A stretch of DNA of 64,000 nucleotides from Eledone cirrhosa (taxonomy: Eukaryota): positions 16,306,001 to 16,370,000 of the forward strand of contig OZ024755.1 in NCBI GenBank assembly GCA_964016885.1, read 5' to 3'. Under the pieces are notes generated by a model. That model was not told where the DNA came from and made no database searches. It saw only the letters and a list, made by a program, of their open reading frames with translations. The position numbers and the translations under genes were made by a program. The number at the start of each line of letters is the position of its first letter. Position 1 is the first letter of the stretch. Positions 42,870-63,367 of the stretch are shown here, piece by piece.

Positions 42870-43440
42870 TCTCAATAGGAAACGGTGTAAAAAGGCGCCG
42901 ATTTTCATCGCCATCTTTTTCAACAAAATGTTCGTAAGAGCCAAAAAATGCCTTGGTGAAGAGGATAGTTTCTAGATTCGATACTCAACTGTTGGTAACC
43001 TGTTCAATTAAAAGCGACTATAATCCCACAATAAGAAACTGGAGCAACTTATCCAGAAACTAATCTTCACCAACGATGCTGTCCTTGTTGCCCACACAAA
43101 GTCATCCACCGCAGCATATAACATCCTCTTTCACAGAAGCTGGAAGTCAGCTTGTAAACAGAAGCCTTTTACCAACTCACACCCCAGGAATATTACCACC
43201 CTCTCTGAATCGCCCTTGGTGAGATAAAACTGACGATAGTCTGCAAGTTCAGCTACCTGGGGCGCATCGTCTCGCCAGATGTCAAGATCAACAAAGAAGC
43301 TGACAATAAAGTGACTAAAGCAAATATTATATATGTCAGGCTGTGTAAAAAAGTTGGGAAAATCAAGGATCTGAAGAAAGGCTTAAAAATCAGTCTGTAC
43401 AGAGCTCTGTTGTACTGATCAAACTCTTCTGTACGGGTCA
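42870..43440 (+). pseudogene. Decayed RTE (BovB-like) reverse transcriptase fragment
   Basis: IRYSTVGNLFN*KRL*SHNKKLEQLIQKLIFTNDAVLVAH ... FSYLGRIVSPDVKINKEADNKVTKA ... KISLYRAL; resembles the RTE RT region around the (Y/F)ADD motif. Confidence 0.8.
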
Positions 43441-44019
43441 TGAGTTGCCAGCAATTTGAAGGAAGGGCAAAGTCCATTATATCGACCCTAGTACTTGACT
43501 GGTACTTTATTTTATTGACCCCGGAAGGATAAAAGGTAAAGTTGACCTCGATGGGATGGGAACTCAGAATGTAAAGAACCAAAACAAATACCACAATGAT
43601 ATTTTATCCGACTCTGTGTCCATTCTGCCAACCCCCTTACTACAAAACTAGAAAATATCACAAAATATATTCAGCATTTTTTGCAAATTAGTAATTAAAC
43701 TGTAAGAATGAAATTAATTTTTTGTTGTTATTGATTTAGTAATATGTCTTTTATTCCAAGAATTTTCTTCAAATTTAAATGTTTTTCTAGTTGTTTTTTT
43801 TTTGTTGTTGTTGTTGTTGTTGTTTTTATTTTACTGCGTTATTTCTTTAAGCAAAGAGTGTGGTGGATTAGCAGAATCGTTAGAGCGTCGGACAAGTGCT
43901 TAGCGGTATTCTTTCCGGCTCTTTACGCTCTGAGTCCTAATCCCACCGGAATCAACTTTGCCTTTCATCTTCTAGGATCGATGAAAATAAAGTATCAGTC
44001 AAGTACTAGGGTTCTGTGA

Positions 44020-44160
44020 TAAGAACAGTTGAGGAAGAGATGAAGAGCTGGCAACACACATGGGGTACCATCGAGAAGCTGGTCCAGAACAGACAGGAAT
44101 GGAGGACCTTCATTGCTGCCCTTACATGTTTGTGGGTATAAAGGGCAGTAGATAAATGAG
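44020..44160 (+). mobile_element. RTE-type LINE 3' end nested in a SINE
   Basis: RTVEEEMKSWQHTWGTIEKLVQNRQEWRTFIAAL; SINE sequence continues on both sides; AGTAC(T/C)AGGGT repeated at the junctions. Confidence 0.7.
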
Positions 44161-44546
44161 TACCAGGGTCAATATAATCGACTTTGCCCTTCCTCCAAAT
44201 TGCCATCCTTGTACCAAAATTAAAAACCGTTATTTCTTTTAGCAAGGAACAAACTAAAACAGTAACTTGAATATTTCAACTTGAAAAAGATTTTAAGTGA
44301 AAACAAACTGGTTTTGATGTATTTATTAAGTAGGAGCCTAATTGTGATTATCATCATCACTTCAGGTGTGGTAGTGGTTCTAGGGTTAAACCAGAAAATA
44401 ATTAATCTAGAAGTGAACGACTGTGGTTTAATTTATTATAACTGACAGTTTTATGGGAGTTTCCTTTTAAATAAATCTAGCTTTAGTGCTTTGCTATTTT
44501 CCAGCACAAGAAAAAAAAATGTTTAAAAAAAAAACAATAATAATAA

Positions 44547-44740
44547 TAATTGTTTTTACTTTTGGCACAAGGCCAGCAATTACCCAGTGCATTACTGGTA
44601 CTTTATTTTATCGACCCCGTAAGGATGAAAGGCAAAGTTAACTTCGGCGGGATTTGAACTCAGAATGGCAAGGGCCGTAACTCTATGCGTCAAAGCATGG
44701 CGTCCGACCCTTTACCGATACTGCCAATCCACCGCCCCTA
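44547..44740 (-). mobile_element. SINE family 1, full-length copy
   Basis: Complete head (GGGGCGGTGGATTGGCAGTATCGG) to ATT tail on the minus strand. Confidence 0.85.
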
Positions 44741-46039
44741 ATACAATAATAATAATAATAATAAAATAAATTAAAAATGACTGAAAGTTACCAGCATTTA
44801 TTCCCCTAAAATGTCCTCCATAACCAAAATATCAAATATTTCCATACTCCTCTTTTTAGTTTAAAGAATGAAATCGCATAACGGAATGGATCTCCACCGG
44901 TTTCGAAGATGAATGTTCCAGTTGTTCGATCGATGGAACAGCCACTCATAGATTAAATTGAAAGTGGCTGAATAAGCCACAAACATGTGTATCCTTATTG
45001 TAATTCTCAGGGAGATTCAGCGTGACACACAAACCTGATTGTTTGAATTACGGTTACGGGTACAGTCTTCTAATCGACAGGCTTCTAAACGGTTTCTGTC
45101 TACCAAGATTCAACCCCAGGGTGTGGATTAACCTGAAGCTTTACAGTAAATGACATTTCGATAAAGTGTCACACATTGAGATCGAACTCGGAACCTAGTG
45201 ATTGCTAAGCCATTCAGCCATTCCTACATCCATAATAGCCAACGAAATGGTTTCTGATTTAGGCACAAGGCCAACATTTTGGGGGAGAGGTGAAAGTCGA
45301 TTAAATCGGCCCCACTTGTTAGGTTCTAAGTTCAAATCCTGACCATGTGTTTGCACCTCTCCAAGGTACGAACTCGAGTAAGATGTTTTATGGAAGAGCA
45401 GCAATTACCCAAGAATGCCAGCCTCTCATCTCTATCGTCACCAATGTTGTCAAAGAGGAATATAATGGCGGACAGACACAGACCGGCAACAGTGTCGTCC
45501 CAACTAATATTTACCACCTTAGTTGATTGGATCAACGCACTGCCCGATCTGGGTATCGAACTCATGACCTTCTGATCGCGACCGTTAACATTTCTAACCA
45601 CTAGGCTACATACACGCTTTTACCCTGATACAGGGAAATAAAAAAATATCGAAGCCTCAGAAAAGAGTACTATTTCTCATCTATAGTAAATAACTGGAAT
45701 CGGAGGCAGAACAGTGGAGTGTTGCCTATAGCAACAGTCGCACTCATTCCACTCTCACCCACCTCAGTTATTTTATATATCCAGTTTACACATTCCGAAC
45801 CAATTACATCTTCGATAGATATATACACAGAAAGAATTGGTATTTAAATGTATATCACTCCCGTATATATAATATATATATATATATATATATGTGTGTA
45901 TGGTGTGTGTGTGTATTTATGTATGTGTGTGTGTGTGTGTGGCGGGGTTTGCATATGAAGAAAGTCCCCGTTTATGTTATAAGTTTGTGTGATTGTACAC
46001 ATCTGCGTGCTTACATGTATGTATGCATGCATGCATGTG

Positions 46040-46630
46040 TGTGTATGTGTATATGAGTATGTTTATGTGTATGTATGTATGTATGAGAGTGTGTATGGTA
46101 ATGTGTATAGATATATGTGTGTGTGTATGTGTATATGAGTATGTTTATGTGTATGTATGTATGTATGAGAGTGTGTATGGTAATGTGTATAGATATATAT
46201 GTGTGTGTGTATGTGTATATGAGTATGTTTATGTGTATGTATGTATGTATGAGAGTGTGTATGGTAATGTGTATAGATATATATGTGTGTGTGTATGTGT
46301 ATATGAGTATGTTTATGTGTATGTATGTATGTATGAGAGTGTGTATGGTAATGTGTATAGATATATATGTGTGTGTGTATGTGTATATGAGTATGTTTAT
46401 GTGTATGTATGTATGTATGAGAGTGTGTATGGTAATGTGTATAGATATATATGTGTGTGTGTATGTGTATATGAGTATGTTTATGTGTATGTATGTATGT
46501 ATGAGAGTGTGTATGGTAATGTGTATAGATATATATGTGTGTGTGTATGTGTATATGAGTATGTTTATGTGTGTATGTATGTATGTATGAGAGTGTGTAT
46601 GGTAATGTGTATAGATATATATGTGTGTGT
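46040..46630. repeat. 84-bp minisatellite built from TG/TATG microsatellite, ~7 copies
   Basis: Landmark GGTAATG recurs at 46097, 46179, 46263, 46347 and onward. Confidence 0.9.
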
Positions 46631-46770
46631 GTGTGTGTAGTCTTACAGCCAGCAGCTGATAAAACACACCCTTTACAATCAGATAAGTAAGCTAATGGTG
46701 AAGGATGAGTCAACAGTTTGGAGAAGACCCAAATAATCTTCTCTTTTATTGTCGCTGTTGTCATTACCTT

Positions 46771-46839
<69 letters not shown>

Positions 46840-48720
46840 CAGCAGCAGCAGTAGCAGTAGTAGTAATAGTAGTAGTAGTAGTAATAGTAGTAGCAGCAGC
46901 AGCAGCGGTGGTGGTGATGGTGGTTGTTGTTGTTTTATTCCACCCTCCTTCCCGTTTTAGCGTCACCATCAATGGTACATCACCATTCGCAGACAGACAG
47001 ACACAGACAAGACAAGACATTCAGAACAGAACTACATCTTAACTTAGCGTCACCATCATTGGTACATCACCATTCGCAGACAGACAGACACAGACAAGAC
47101 AAGACATTCAGAACAGAACTACATCTTAACTATGTAAACACGCTCTCTATACTTCGTCGTCGAGGATGACGCTATAGGTGATGTTGTTGTTGTTGTTCTT
47201 CTTCTTCTTCTTTAGTTTCATGCTGGCACTCAATCTCGTTCCAGTTATGACCACCATGTCTATTATTTCCAAGCATCGTAAAATTTATATAATACACTAT
47301 CCAATGGCTGATACCTAAATATAAGTATGTATACGTACATACATATATGTATACAGACGCACAGTAGTATGTATATATATATATATACACACATAGATGC
47401 ACACATATATATATATATGTACGTATGGGTTTACCGAACATTTATTATAATGCTCGGTTTGTTTGTAAACAAACATCCCGAATTATGCCGTACAGTGCTC
47501 AGCAACCATCGTCGCCCTTTTGTTCAACACTGACACAGGAACGATGTACTAGTTTCAAGCTTATTAGCTATCGTCAGCATCGTATACTTTTCTGTCAGAT
47601 GATTGAACGTCTGAAAGTATATACTTTCCTTATGCATATTAACGGCTGAGCAGCCTAATTTGCATATCGAGTGAGTTAGTCGGCCGGGCATACCGAAAAC
47701 GATAATGGAAAAGAATGAAACGAAATTTCATCCAATGTTTTACATATATTTTCATTCTGTTTAAGGTCAATTCTTCCTCTATATCTTTCTCATTTCCTTT
47801 CTGTCATCATCTCTTTCTTTGCAAGAAATCAATTAATTTAAGACAATTTTCGCTATTATTTCTAGCATGGTGAGTATCCACCTTGAGGTTCCCTTGATGT
47901 TTCGTACATGCGACTGTTGTTGCTATTGTTGCTTCTGCTGCTGTTGTTGGTGGTGCTAATGTTGTTGTTGCACTGTTGTTGTTAAGATGTTGTTATTCGT
48001 GCTGCTGTTGTTGTTGGTGCTGTTATTGTTGGTACTGCTGTTGTTGTTAAGATGTTATTCGTGCTGCTGTTGTTGTTGTGCTGTTATTGTTGATACTGCT
48101 GTTGTTATTCGTGCTGCTGTTGTTGTTGTGCTGTTATTGTTAGTGCTGCTACTGTTGTGTTATTGTTGCTGTTGGTACTGCTGCAGTTGTGTTATCGTTG
48201 CTGTTGGTACTGTTGCTGTTGTTCTGTTATTGTTGGTGCTGTTGTGTATCCCGATGTCAACACTGATCGCACTATCCCATACAATGACAGTAGCTGACGA
48301 ACGACAGAGATCCGGGGTGGGGAACATTTTCAATCAGAAGAGCTATTTCTAGCTATAGAACACATTTGAGACTATTTAAGCCGCGTAATTTATTATAAAC
48401 AGGAATACATACATGGTTTGTTCCCTTCCGGACCCCTCTCAGCTGGTTTCGCTTGGGGATCCAGCCAGATCAATTAAATACGGCTGCTTCTGACAGGACC
48501 CGCTGTAAGTACTTGAAGTGTCTGCCTCCACGACCCTCCCGAGCAGAAAAAGACATTTGGCTTTTCATCTTATCTGAAATTGCTTCAATGTCCGATTCAT
48601 AAACCTTGCCTTATAGTTTAATACAAGGTTGGAGATTTAATAAATTATAATAAAAGTATTTTCGGATCCTCTAAAAGCTACTTGAAATAAACTAAAGTGC
48701 CGCAGGTTCTCGACTCCTTG

Positions 48721-52333
<3,613 letters not shown>

Positions 52334-52701
52334 CAGACAGTCTGAACCCAATGGCTGAGCTCTTGCCGTTTCGACAGCAAATTCCAGAATCTGGAATACA
52401 AGTGGTCGAAATGGGGCTCCTCCGAAGGTCTTTAGAGCAACATTACTCGATAAAGAGCCAGATCGGAGATCAGAGAGTCACTCCAGATAGAGCCGCTACT
52501 TCTTATTAACCATTCAGCGATAGAGAACTGGATTCGCAATCGAGAGATTGTCGGTTCGATTCCTGGACCGGGCGATGCGTTAGGTCCTTGAGCAAGACAC
52601 TTTATTTCACGTTGCTCCTTCTACCTGGAGTTGCGACTGATAGATAGTATTATCAATTGGAAATACCAACGGAAACATTGTTTCTAGATTTGACGAAAGT
52701 C

Positions 52702-55429
<2,728 letters not shown>

Positions 55430-55995
55430 ACTTTATATCCATGTAGGAGAACCCTACCGATGCGCTGAACAAGTGTGACTTTTTAGTCCAGCCAGCGACT
55501 TGAAAACTCTGGTACAAACACTACACCTGTGACAATTATTGACACATAGTGCTGGGCCCATGGTACCATGTGACGACAAGTGGCAGAGAGATCTCCAGAT
55601 ACAAAGCAATGCCTGTGCCGTGAAGCTTTTATAGTGAGCAAAGGCACTGCACAAAGCCAGTCCCACTCTCTTAACCAAGATGATATTTACCAAAAAGAAG
55701 AACAAGTCAATATCATTGGATACCATCAGAGTTGCAGGTGTTATATCAGAGTTTTCCTTCTCCTAGAATTCTGCCTTGACAAAGGCTAAGGGGTCATCTC
55801 TCCCGGTGATTTTGGATGGCCATTGACTCTTTGAAGCTCCTTTGCCCTTTGACAGGTATTGTTTTTAGTCCTGCAGGATGTCCAAAGTCACCCTCCTCAC
55901 CAAGAAACCTTGGTGGGGTTGCCAGTTTAGTCGCCAACGACCCGACCATGAGACAGGTTCTACTGGGATGCATGTTACCAGTAGCACCAACTGGT
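55430..55995 (-). mobile_element. Non-autonomous RTE-like element, copy 7 (lacks 3' hairpin and first ~8 nt)
   Basis: Reverse-complement match to copy 4. Confidence 0.85.
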
Positions 55996-56012
55996 ATACA
56001 TACATACATACA

Positions 56013-56048
<36 letters not shown>

Positions 56049-56099
56049 TATATATAAATACATACATACATATATACATATATAAATTTATATGTGTGC

Positions 56100-56149
<50 letters not shown>

Positions 56150-56544
56150 ATACAAATAGATAGATAGATTCGCTGACTAATAGATAGAAACAGAGCCTAA
56201 GAAATATTTATTTATTTATTAACTAAAAAACTACGCATTTTCTTTTGGTTTATACGAGGCTGTAAAAAAGCTGACAATTTTTGATGATAAAAAAATTAAT
56301 TAATTTCTCTCATTGCATTATGTAACATCTGGATATCTATGTTGGTGATGGTGTTATTGTGCATGTTTAACCCTAGGCCATATTTATTCGGGTATATCTA
56401 TGATCAAAAGCATTCCTGCCATGGCCATCCCGTCCTTTTGGGGCATTTTTTTCTGGATACGGTATATATATACATCCATGAGCTTTTCTTTTTTTTTTTT
56501 ATCCAGATACGATATATATATTTTGAAAATTATCTGAAAATCAT

Positions 56545-57130
56545 AAGTGTCTTTCATTAGAAATATGGTAATGAAAGGATTAAAGTATTTATAGTTACCT
56601 AAAAACTTTTCCGTCATAATTTTATGTAAGAACCTTTGTTAAGTTATGTTCCAAACACCTGCTTATTAATGAGAAAGCTAGTTATATTACTAAATCCCTC
56701 CAAATTCTTGATTATTTAAAAAAGTATTTGAAAATCATAGGTAGTGTCTTTCATTAGAAATATGGTAATGAAAGGATTAAAGTATTTATATTTATCTAAA
56801 AGCTTTTCCGTCGTAATTTTAAGTAAGAACCTTTGTTAAGTTATATTCCAAATACCTACTTATTAATGAGAAAGCTAGTTATATATATTTTTTAAAGTAT
56901 TTGAAAATCATAAGTAGTGTCTTTCATTAGAAATATGGTAATGAAAGGATTAAAGTATTTCTACTTATCTAAAAGCTTTTCCGTCATAATTTTAGGTAAT
57001 ATTTTATTTATTAGTGAGAAAATTGGTTATATTACTAAATCCTTCCAAATTCTTGGTTATTTTCAAAGTTATTTGAAAATCAAAGGCAGCAGTGCCTTTT
57101 CTTTGGAAATATGGTAACGGAAGGATTAAG
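56545..57130. repeat. ~170-200-bp tandem repeat, ~3.3 copies
   Basis: GTCTTTCATTAGAAATATGGTAATGAAAGGATTAAAG recurs at ~56549, 56746 and 56918, with a degenerate copy at ~57093. Confidence 0.85.
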
Positions 57131-59019
57131 ATTTCTAATCATTGAGGAGTGACACGTGCTGCATAGAACATTAGAGTAATTCAAAGTAATGGAGTAAGTT
57201 ATCTACATTATATAGCAGCCAATTGCATGGATAGTGTAGCTTCAACTAATGATAAGAGAAAATAGTGAAATACGAACAGCGAAGGTGATGTATGTTAAAA
57301 AAGCTGAATAGGAGTGAGATCCGTATAACTTGTTGTTCAAGTGCACTAAACAGCTGTTTTGAAATCGGAAGTATTAGATATCACTTGTACTGGAATTTTA
57401 AACAGGTGCAGAGTTTTTCATGATGAAACTTTACGTTGTTACGTTGTCCTGTATTAACTGTTTATTTCCTAATTTACATCATGTAGTGGTATTGTTTTGA
57501 CCCTTGATCGTATTAGGTAATGTTTTCTAATTTAGGCACAAGGCCAACACATTTGTGTGTGGTGGTGGGGGTCGATTAAAACGATCGACCCCAGTGTGTT
57601 ACTGTTAATTTATTTTATCGACCCCGTGAGAAGCTAACCTCGGCGGCATTTTAACCCAGAACGTAAAAGGAGAATCAAAAATAGGCCTAGGACTTGACTA
57701 GGTAGGAGGACGCCTTCGTTTTATGATAATCACAAATGGGATTGAGAACTTATTTCATTAAGCGAAACACAACGATCCTTTATTTCTTTAGAGGCTTCAA
57801 AACAAATAATAGACTTATCAGCAGGTGCTAAACCGGTCGTGAGCCAACTGCGGCTCGTTTGGCTTTCTGAATGGCACACTAGATTTAAAAATTGCCTTGA
57901 AGCTTGTGCGGCCCGTCTTATGATAAGCCATATCCTATGCGGCCCACTGCTCGAGAATGGTTGTCCCTGACTGTACTAAACAGTTTAGTGACCAAATGTG
58001 TCCTGTCATACTTTACTTTCCATACTTCTTGCGTCAATAAAATAAAATACCAGTCATGTTGTACGGTAGGACTAATTACCTTAGCCCTATCCCTAAATTG
58101 CTGATCTTGAACTCAGAATGTAAAGGCCCGTAATTATATCCCGTAAAGCATGTTGTCCGACGCTCTACCGATACTGCCAATCCACTGCCCTCAGTAGTAG
58201 TGATAATAATACCAGAACAACTGCCAACACAACCACCACAACCACCATCACCACCGCCGCCACCACCACCAACGCTACCACAACCACCACCACCATTAAC
58301 AACAACAACGACAATAGTGATAATAATTGAGAGTGAAAAACGCAAAATGACGAGAAATGGGCGTTTTAGTATGGAGTCGGGGTATCCGTTGTCATTTTTC
58401 AGTTCCAGTTGACCGATTTTACTACAAGACTATTCCAGTGAACTGTTACCACTAGACACCAACATCTGGAACCCTCAATAACTTAACTATATCTACAATA
58501 ACTCTACCAATCTACGTGGCCCTATAAAATGTGTGTGTGTGTGTTTGTTTGTTTGTTTGTCATTAATTCGGTATAGTTGTTTTCTATTTCATTACTATTT
58601 TTACATCTTCTTAACGTCTGCAGGACAACTGGTTTCTGCTTCTGTGTTAACCATTTTTTCCCACTCCCAGATTATCATGCGTGGAGGTATGCGGCCTAAT
58701 GGTAAGGATATTGGATTTACGATCATAATGTCATGGGTTAGATTCCTGGGGGTTTAACCATGTGTTGGACTGGCATCCTGTCCAGTGGGAAGGAAACCGG
58801 GATAAGCACCGGCTTAATGAGCCTCCGGACTCGAAACAGACTTTAACCCTGTTATGGTGATGGGCCGGACTCGAAACAGACTTTAACCCTGTTATGGTGA
58901 TGGGAGTAGTAGTAGAAGAAGAATTATTGCGGTATAGTTGTTGATGCTGTTGTTATAGTTGTTGCTGTGTATATTATAGGGTAGAGAGAATTATGATCGT
59001 ATATTGGTGGCCTCCCAAC

Positions 59020-59130
59020 AGCCCCGGCGGACAGAATGGAGAAGGCGTTTCCCCGGAGGACGGCAAGGGAGACGCGCTGGAAAAGCCATTCCCCCTCGCG
59101 AGGCTCACACCTGCCAAGGGTACAACCGCA
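59020..59130 (-). mobile_element. CRE-like (restriction-like endonuclease) non-LTR element 3' fragment
   Basis: EPREGEWLFQRVSLAVLRGNAFSILSAG matches the CRE C-terminal QR(L/V)SxAxxRGNA motif. Confidence 0.7.
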
Positions 59131-59214
59131 AACCTGTCGGAGAGCGATCGAGTCGGCTCTGATTGAGAAGTCATATAATGAAAGACATTCCAGCAATGCC
59201 CTTCCCGTAGTTTT

Positions 59215-59422
59215 ATGTAGGCACAAGGCCAGCAATTTTGGAGGAGGAGAAAGTCGATTAAATCGACTTCAGTACATTACTGGTACTTTATTTTATCGAC
59301 CCCGTAAGGATGAAAAGCAAAGTTAACCTCGGCAGGATTTGAGCGCAGATCATAAAGGGCCGCAACTCTATGCTGAAAAGCATGGTATCCGACCCTCTAG
59401 CGTTACTGCCAATCCACCGCCC
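59215..59422 (-). mobile_element. SINE family 1 copy
   Basis: Head, core and extended GTCGATT tail on the minus strand. Confidence 0.8.
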
Positions 59423-59770
59423 TGTTTGAAGCTAATATTAACAACACATTCACAAGAAACAAGTCGAAACATGTTCACTACATAACGTTTGCTTTCATTA
59501 TAGTTTAGCTTTTATCTTTGCGGAGTCGATAAAATAAAGTACCAGTCAAGTACTAGGGTCGATATAATCGACCTCTCTTTCCCACCCACTCCTTACTACT
59601 AATAGTAATACTACTTCTACCAACATCACTACTACTACTACTACTACCACCACCACCACCACAACCGAGGGCTTGGGGATGATAGAATCGTTAGAGAGTC
59701 TGACAAAAAGATGAGCAACATTTAGTCACGGTACTCTACGTTCCGAGTTCAAATTCCACCCGAGGTCAAC

Positions 59771-60080
59771 TTTACAGTACATATTTTGCTTAATAAATGT
59801 ATCTTAAACATTTACTGTACATATTTTACTAGATAAATGTATTTTAAACATTTACAGTACACATTTTGCTTAATAAATGTATTTTAAACATTTACAGTAC
59901 ATATGTTGCTTAATAAATGTATCTTAAACATTTACTGTACATATTTTACTAGATAAATGTATTTTAAACATTTACAGTACACATTTTGCTTAATAAATGT
60001 ATTTTAAACATTTACAGTACACATTTTGCTTAATAAATGTATTTTAAACATTTACTGTACATATTTTACTAGATAAATGA
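59771..60080. repeat. 40-bp minisatellite, ~7.7 copies
   Basis: Unit TTTACAGTACATATTTTGCTTAATAAATGTATTTTAAACA, with 3-unit higher-order variants. Confidence 0.9.
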
Positions 60081-61321
60081 ACGTTAAATGATTTACAATA
60101 ACAGTATCTGAAATCCCTGAGGTTGCCGTTAATTTTGGAAGATTATTGTAGGTGCATGGGGATAGATAAAAACCTATACAGACTAATATATAATCTAAAC
60201 CGCGGGACTTACAGACAAAACGTACAGAAAATATCACTACTATATTATGTAAAGTACTTTCAATACAATAAAAGTATACAAAACGAAACAAAACATTGCA
60301 CATATCCAAGGTTATGCAATGAAAGCACGCCATAACAAGGACAATACTCCCTAGTCTTCCAACCTCAAACAAAAACGAAGAATGGTAGCATACGACCAAT
60401 AGTTGTTAGCAAAACAATAAAACTCGTTGTCTAAATATAGCACACACAATTGCTTAAAATACAACATGTCTATTATTTATATCCTCATCAATTCGGTTTC
60501 GTCACCCACCATCCCACCAAAAAGAAGAACTAAAACGGCCATATATGCATTGTGGTCTTTTATTAACAACAATCCTGCTATAGTCTTTGTTGAGGATAGA
60601 ATTTTTCGTAACAATTTTGTTCTTGTTTAGCCTCAGATCAGCTTTGATCGTGGTGACCTATGATCAAAGACACTTCAGCCATGCCCATCAAGTCTTTTAT
60701 TCAGAGATGTTTTAGCTAGCACTTCATTATGTAATATGTACTTATTTTCTCATTAAAAAAAAAAATATATATATATATATATGTATATATACTTTTTGTA
60801 ACTTTAGTAGCTTGGAGTTGAGTTAAGGGGCCTCGATGTCGGTCCATCCCTCACACTCAGCTACCGAACATTCAGGGAACTGTTCCCAGTATATTTTCAC
60901 AGCGAGACTAGATAATACATGTTTATTTATTAAACACATTCTATATGATTTCATATATGTATTTATTCAAAGCAATTCTGTGTTGGTGTTTTTTTTATTA
61001 ATAAATCTGCTATATAGTCTCTAAGTCATGTGAACGCTTTTTTCTTAGACTGAGCATGATAGAGTCTCCGTCGGTTTCAACGATGAGCATTAAGTTGTTC
61101 GATCAACAGAACGTCCAGCCCCTGCATTAACGTGTAAGTGGTTGAGTATTCCACGGACACGTAAATAAACCCTGAACGTAATCCCCAAGCTGAATCAGCG
61201 CAATACAATGTGCGACAAGGCAGGACATTGATATTACATCACGTACAATTCATCAGACAGGTTCCTTACACATTCCGTCAAACCGGGTCCCTCGTGGTTT
61301 TGAAGGGAATTTCTTAAATAT

Positions 61322-61668
61322 TTTTTATTTGGGTGCCCCGTTTTTTTATGGGGGGGTCCGTTTTTTATTTGGGTGCCTCGTTTTTTTATGGGGGGGGGGT
61401 CAGTTTTTTATTTGGGTACCTCGTTTTTTTATGGGGGGGGGTCCGTTTTTTATTTGGGTGCCCCGTTTTTTTATAGGGGGAGGTCCGTTTTTTATTTGGG
61501 TGCCCCGTTTTTTTATGGGTGGGTCCGTTTTTTATGGGGGAGGTCCGTTTTTTTTATGGAGGGGTCCGTTTTTTTATTTGGGTGCCCCGTTTTTTTATGA
61601 GGGGTGTTGTTTTTTATTTGGGTGCCCCGTTTTTTTATGGGGGGTCTTTTTTTATTTGGGTGCCCCTT
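61322..61668. repeat. ~42-bp homopolymer-run minisatellite, ~8 copies
   Basis: Unit TTTTTTATTTGGGTGCCCCGTTTTTTTATGGGGGGGTCCG. Confidence 0.9.
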
Positions 61669-63367
61669 CAAAAGATACAGTATATGTGATATATTAAACC
61701 CTTCAAATGATACTGTATGTGTGATATATTAAACCCCTTCAAAAGATACTGGTGGATTACTGGTATTTTATTTTATCGACTTCGTAAAGATGAAAGGCAA
61801 AGCCAACCTCGGCGGGTTTTGAAGTCAGAACGTAAAGGGCCGTAACTATATGCCGTAAAGCATGTTGTTCGAAGCTCTACCGATACTACTGCCATTCCAC
61901 CAACCGTTGTGCCAATAATAGTAATACTAATACCAATAATTCCTTGGTTATAATAATTGAAAAATATATATAATAGATTTAAAATCATATATTTTTAAAA
62001 GTAAACTGAAGGAGAGGTAACACATTCGCCATTCTGCTTACTGAACCACAAAGTAACAGTTGGGCTCAATCGATTTACTAGTTATTATATTGAGAAGAAA
62101 ATGCATTGGAAATTTTATTATAAAAAAAGGAGATCATTATCTGTTTTTCTTTTATTATTATAAGTGCTAGCCGAGGTTAACTTTGCCTTTCATCCTTACG
62201 GGTCGATAAAATAAAGTACCAGTAATGTACTGGGTAATTGCTGGACTTGTGCCTAAAGTGGAAACAATTATTATAAGTGCTAGCAATTATGAGGATTTCA
62301 TTTTTAGGAGGAATATTATTAAAGTGGGCCACACCTTGGTAATGTCAGTATTGGAATATTCTGTTGTGAAATAACCTTGGATCAGTGAACACATAAATGT
62401 ACAATGTGAAACTCAGGCAACAGCAGGTTCATACTAACCATGCACAAGTGTATGTAATGATACCAATACGAGCAAACGAGGGAGCCACTGTGTGATAGCT
62501 CGACCAGCATGAAATAGTAGCGCAGATATATACTTCAATCAAACAGTCTTATAAAGAAAATAAGCGGCCACATGTGATAATGTAGGCATAGATAGATAAC
62601 AAAAAGACAAAAAAAAAAAGGACCGGCACGATTACTTTTGATCCTATGTTTGCTTAATTAAGGTCGACTTGAGTCTAAATAACCAAAAAATGAGGGAGGT
62701 AGAATTTTAATCGTCTAGGATCTGGTATGTTCTGGTAAGATTGTGCTCCACTGAGGATTTCTTATAAGACTAAAGCATGTCCAGAGTTGTCACCATACTT
62801 ACCAAAGATTAAACTCACTTCTTACAACATGCCCTCGTTTCATTAATTTAAATTTCGGGGTTGTTTCCCTTGACCATTATTAAAGCTGATGTATTTTTTC
62901 CTCCTTCCTACATTAAGTGTCGTTAGTATCCATGTAATATGTACAGTAGACTTAGCAATTATAGGATTAGCAAGAGATGTTAGACGCGTAAAGAGATTTT
63001 TATATGCGGTCAAGACCAATTGTAAATATACAGAAATAGAAAATGATTCGAAGCCAAAAAAAAAATCATCAGAAAAAAGATAAATAAATAAGAGAATGGG
63101 TAGAAATAACATTTTACTGTTTACTCATGAAGGAAACAGCAGTGCCTAGCCCATGACTTTCTCAGCGTCTTCAAGACTACAGGAAAATGAAAGAAGTGGG
63201 TATGCTCAAACCAGAGACATGGCCCAAATGTTTGCAACAAAACTCTTCTAAAGACGCCCATGGGCCATTTGGTGGTGTTAAACCGGGTGGAGGAGTAATA
63301 CTCTCGATACCAAACCACCAGAAATCTCTTCTTGTCCTATGATACGAAACTATTTATCTTAAATTTA

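Noticed and set aside
58792-58845. Hammerhead-like TTAATGAGCC...CTCGAAAC in a SINE tail (also ~27740-27790)
   Set aside because: No NUH triplet or stem III partner in the required position; ordinary SINE 3' region.
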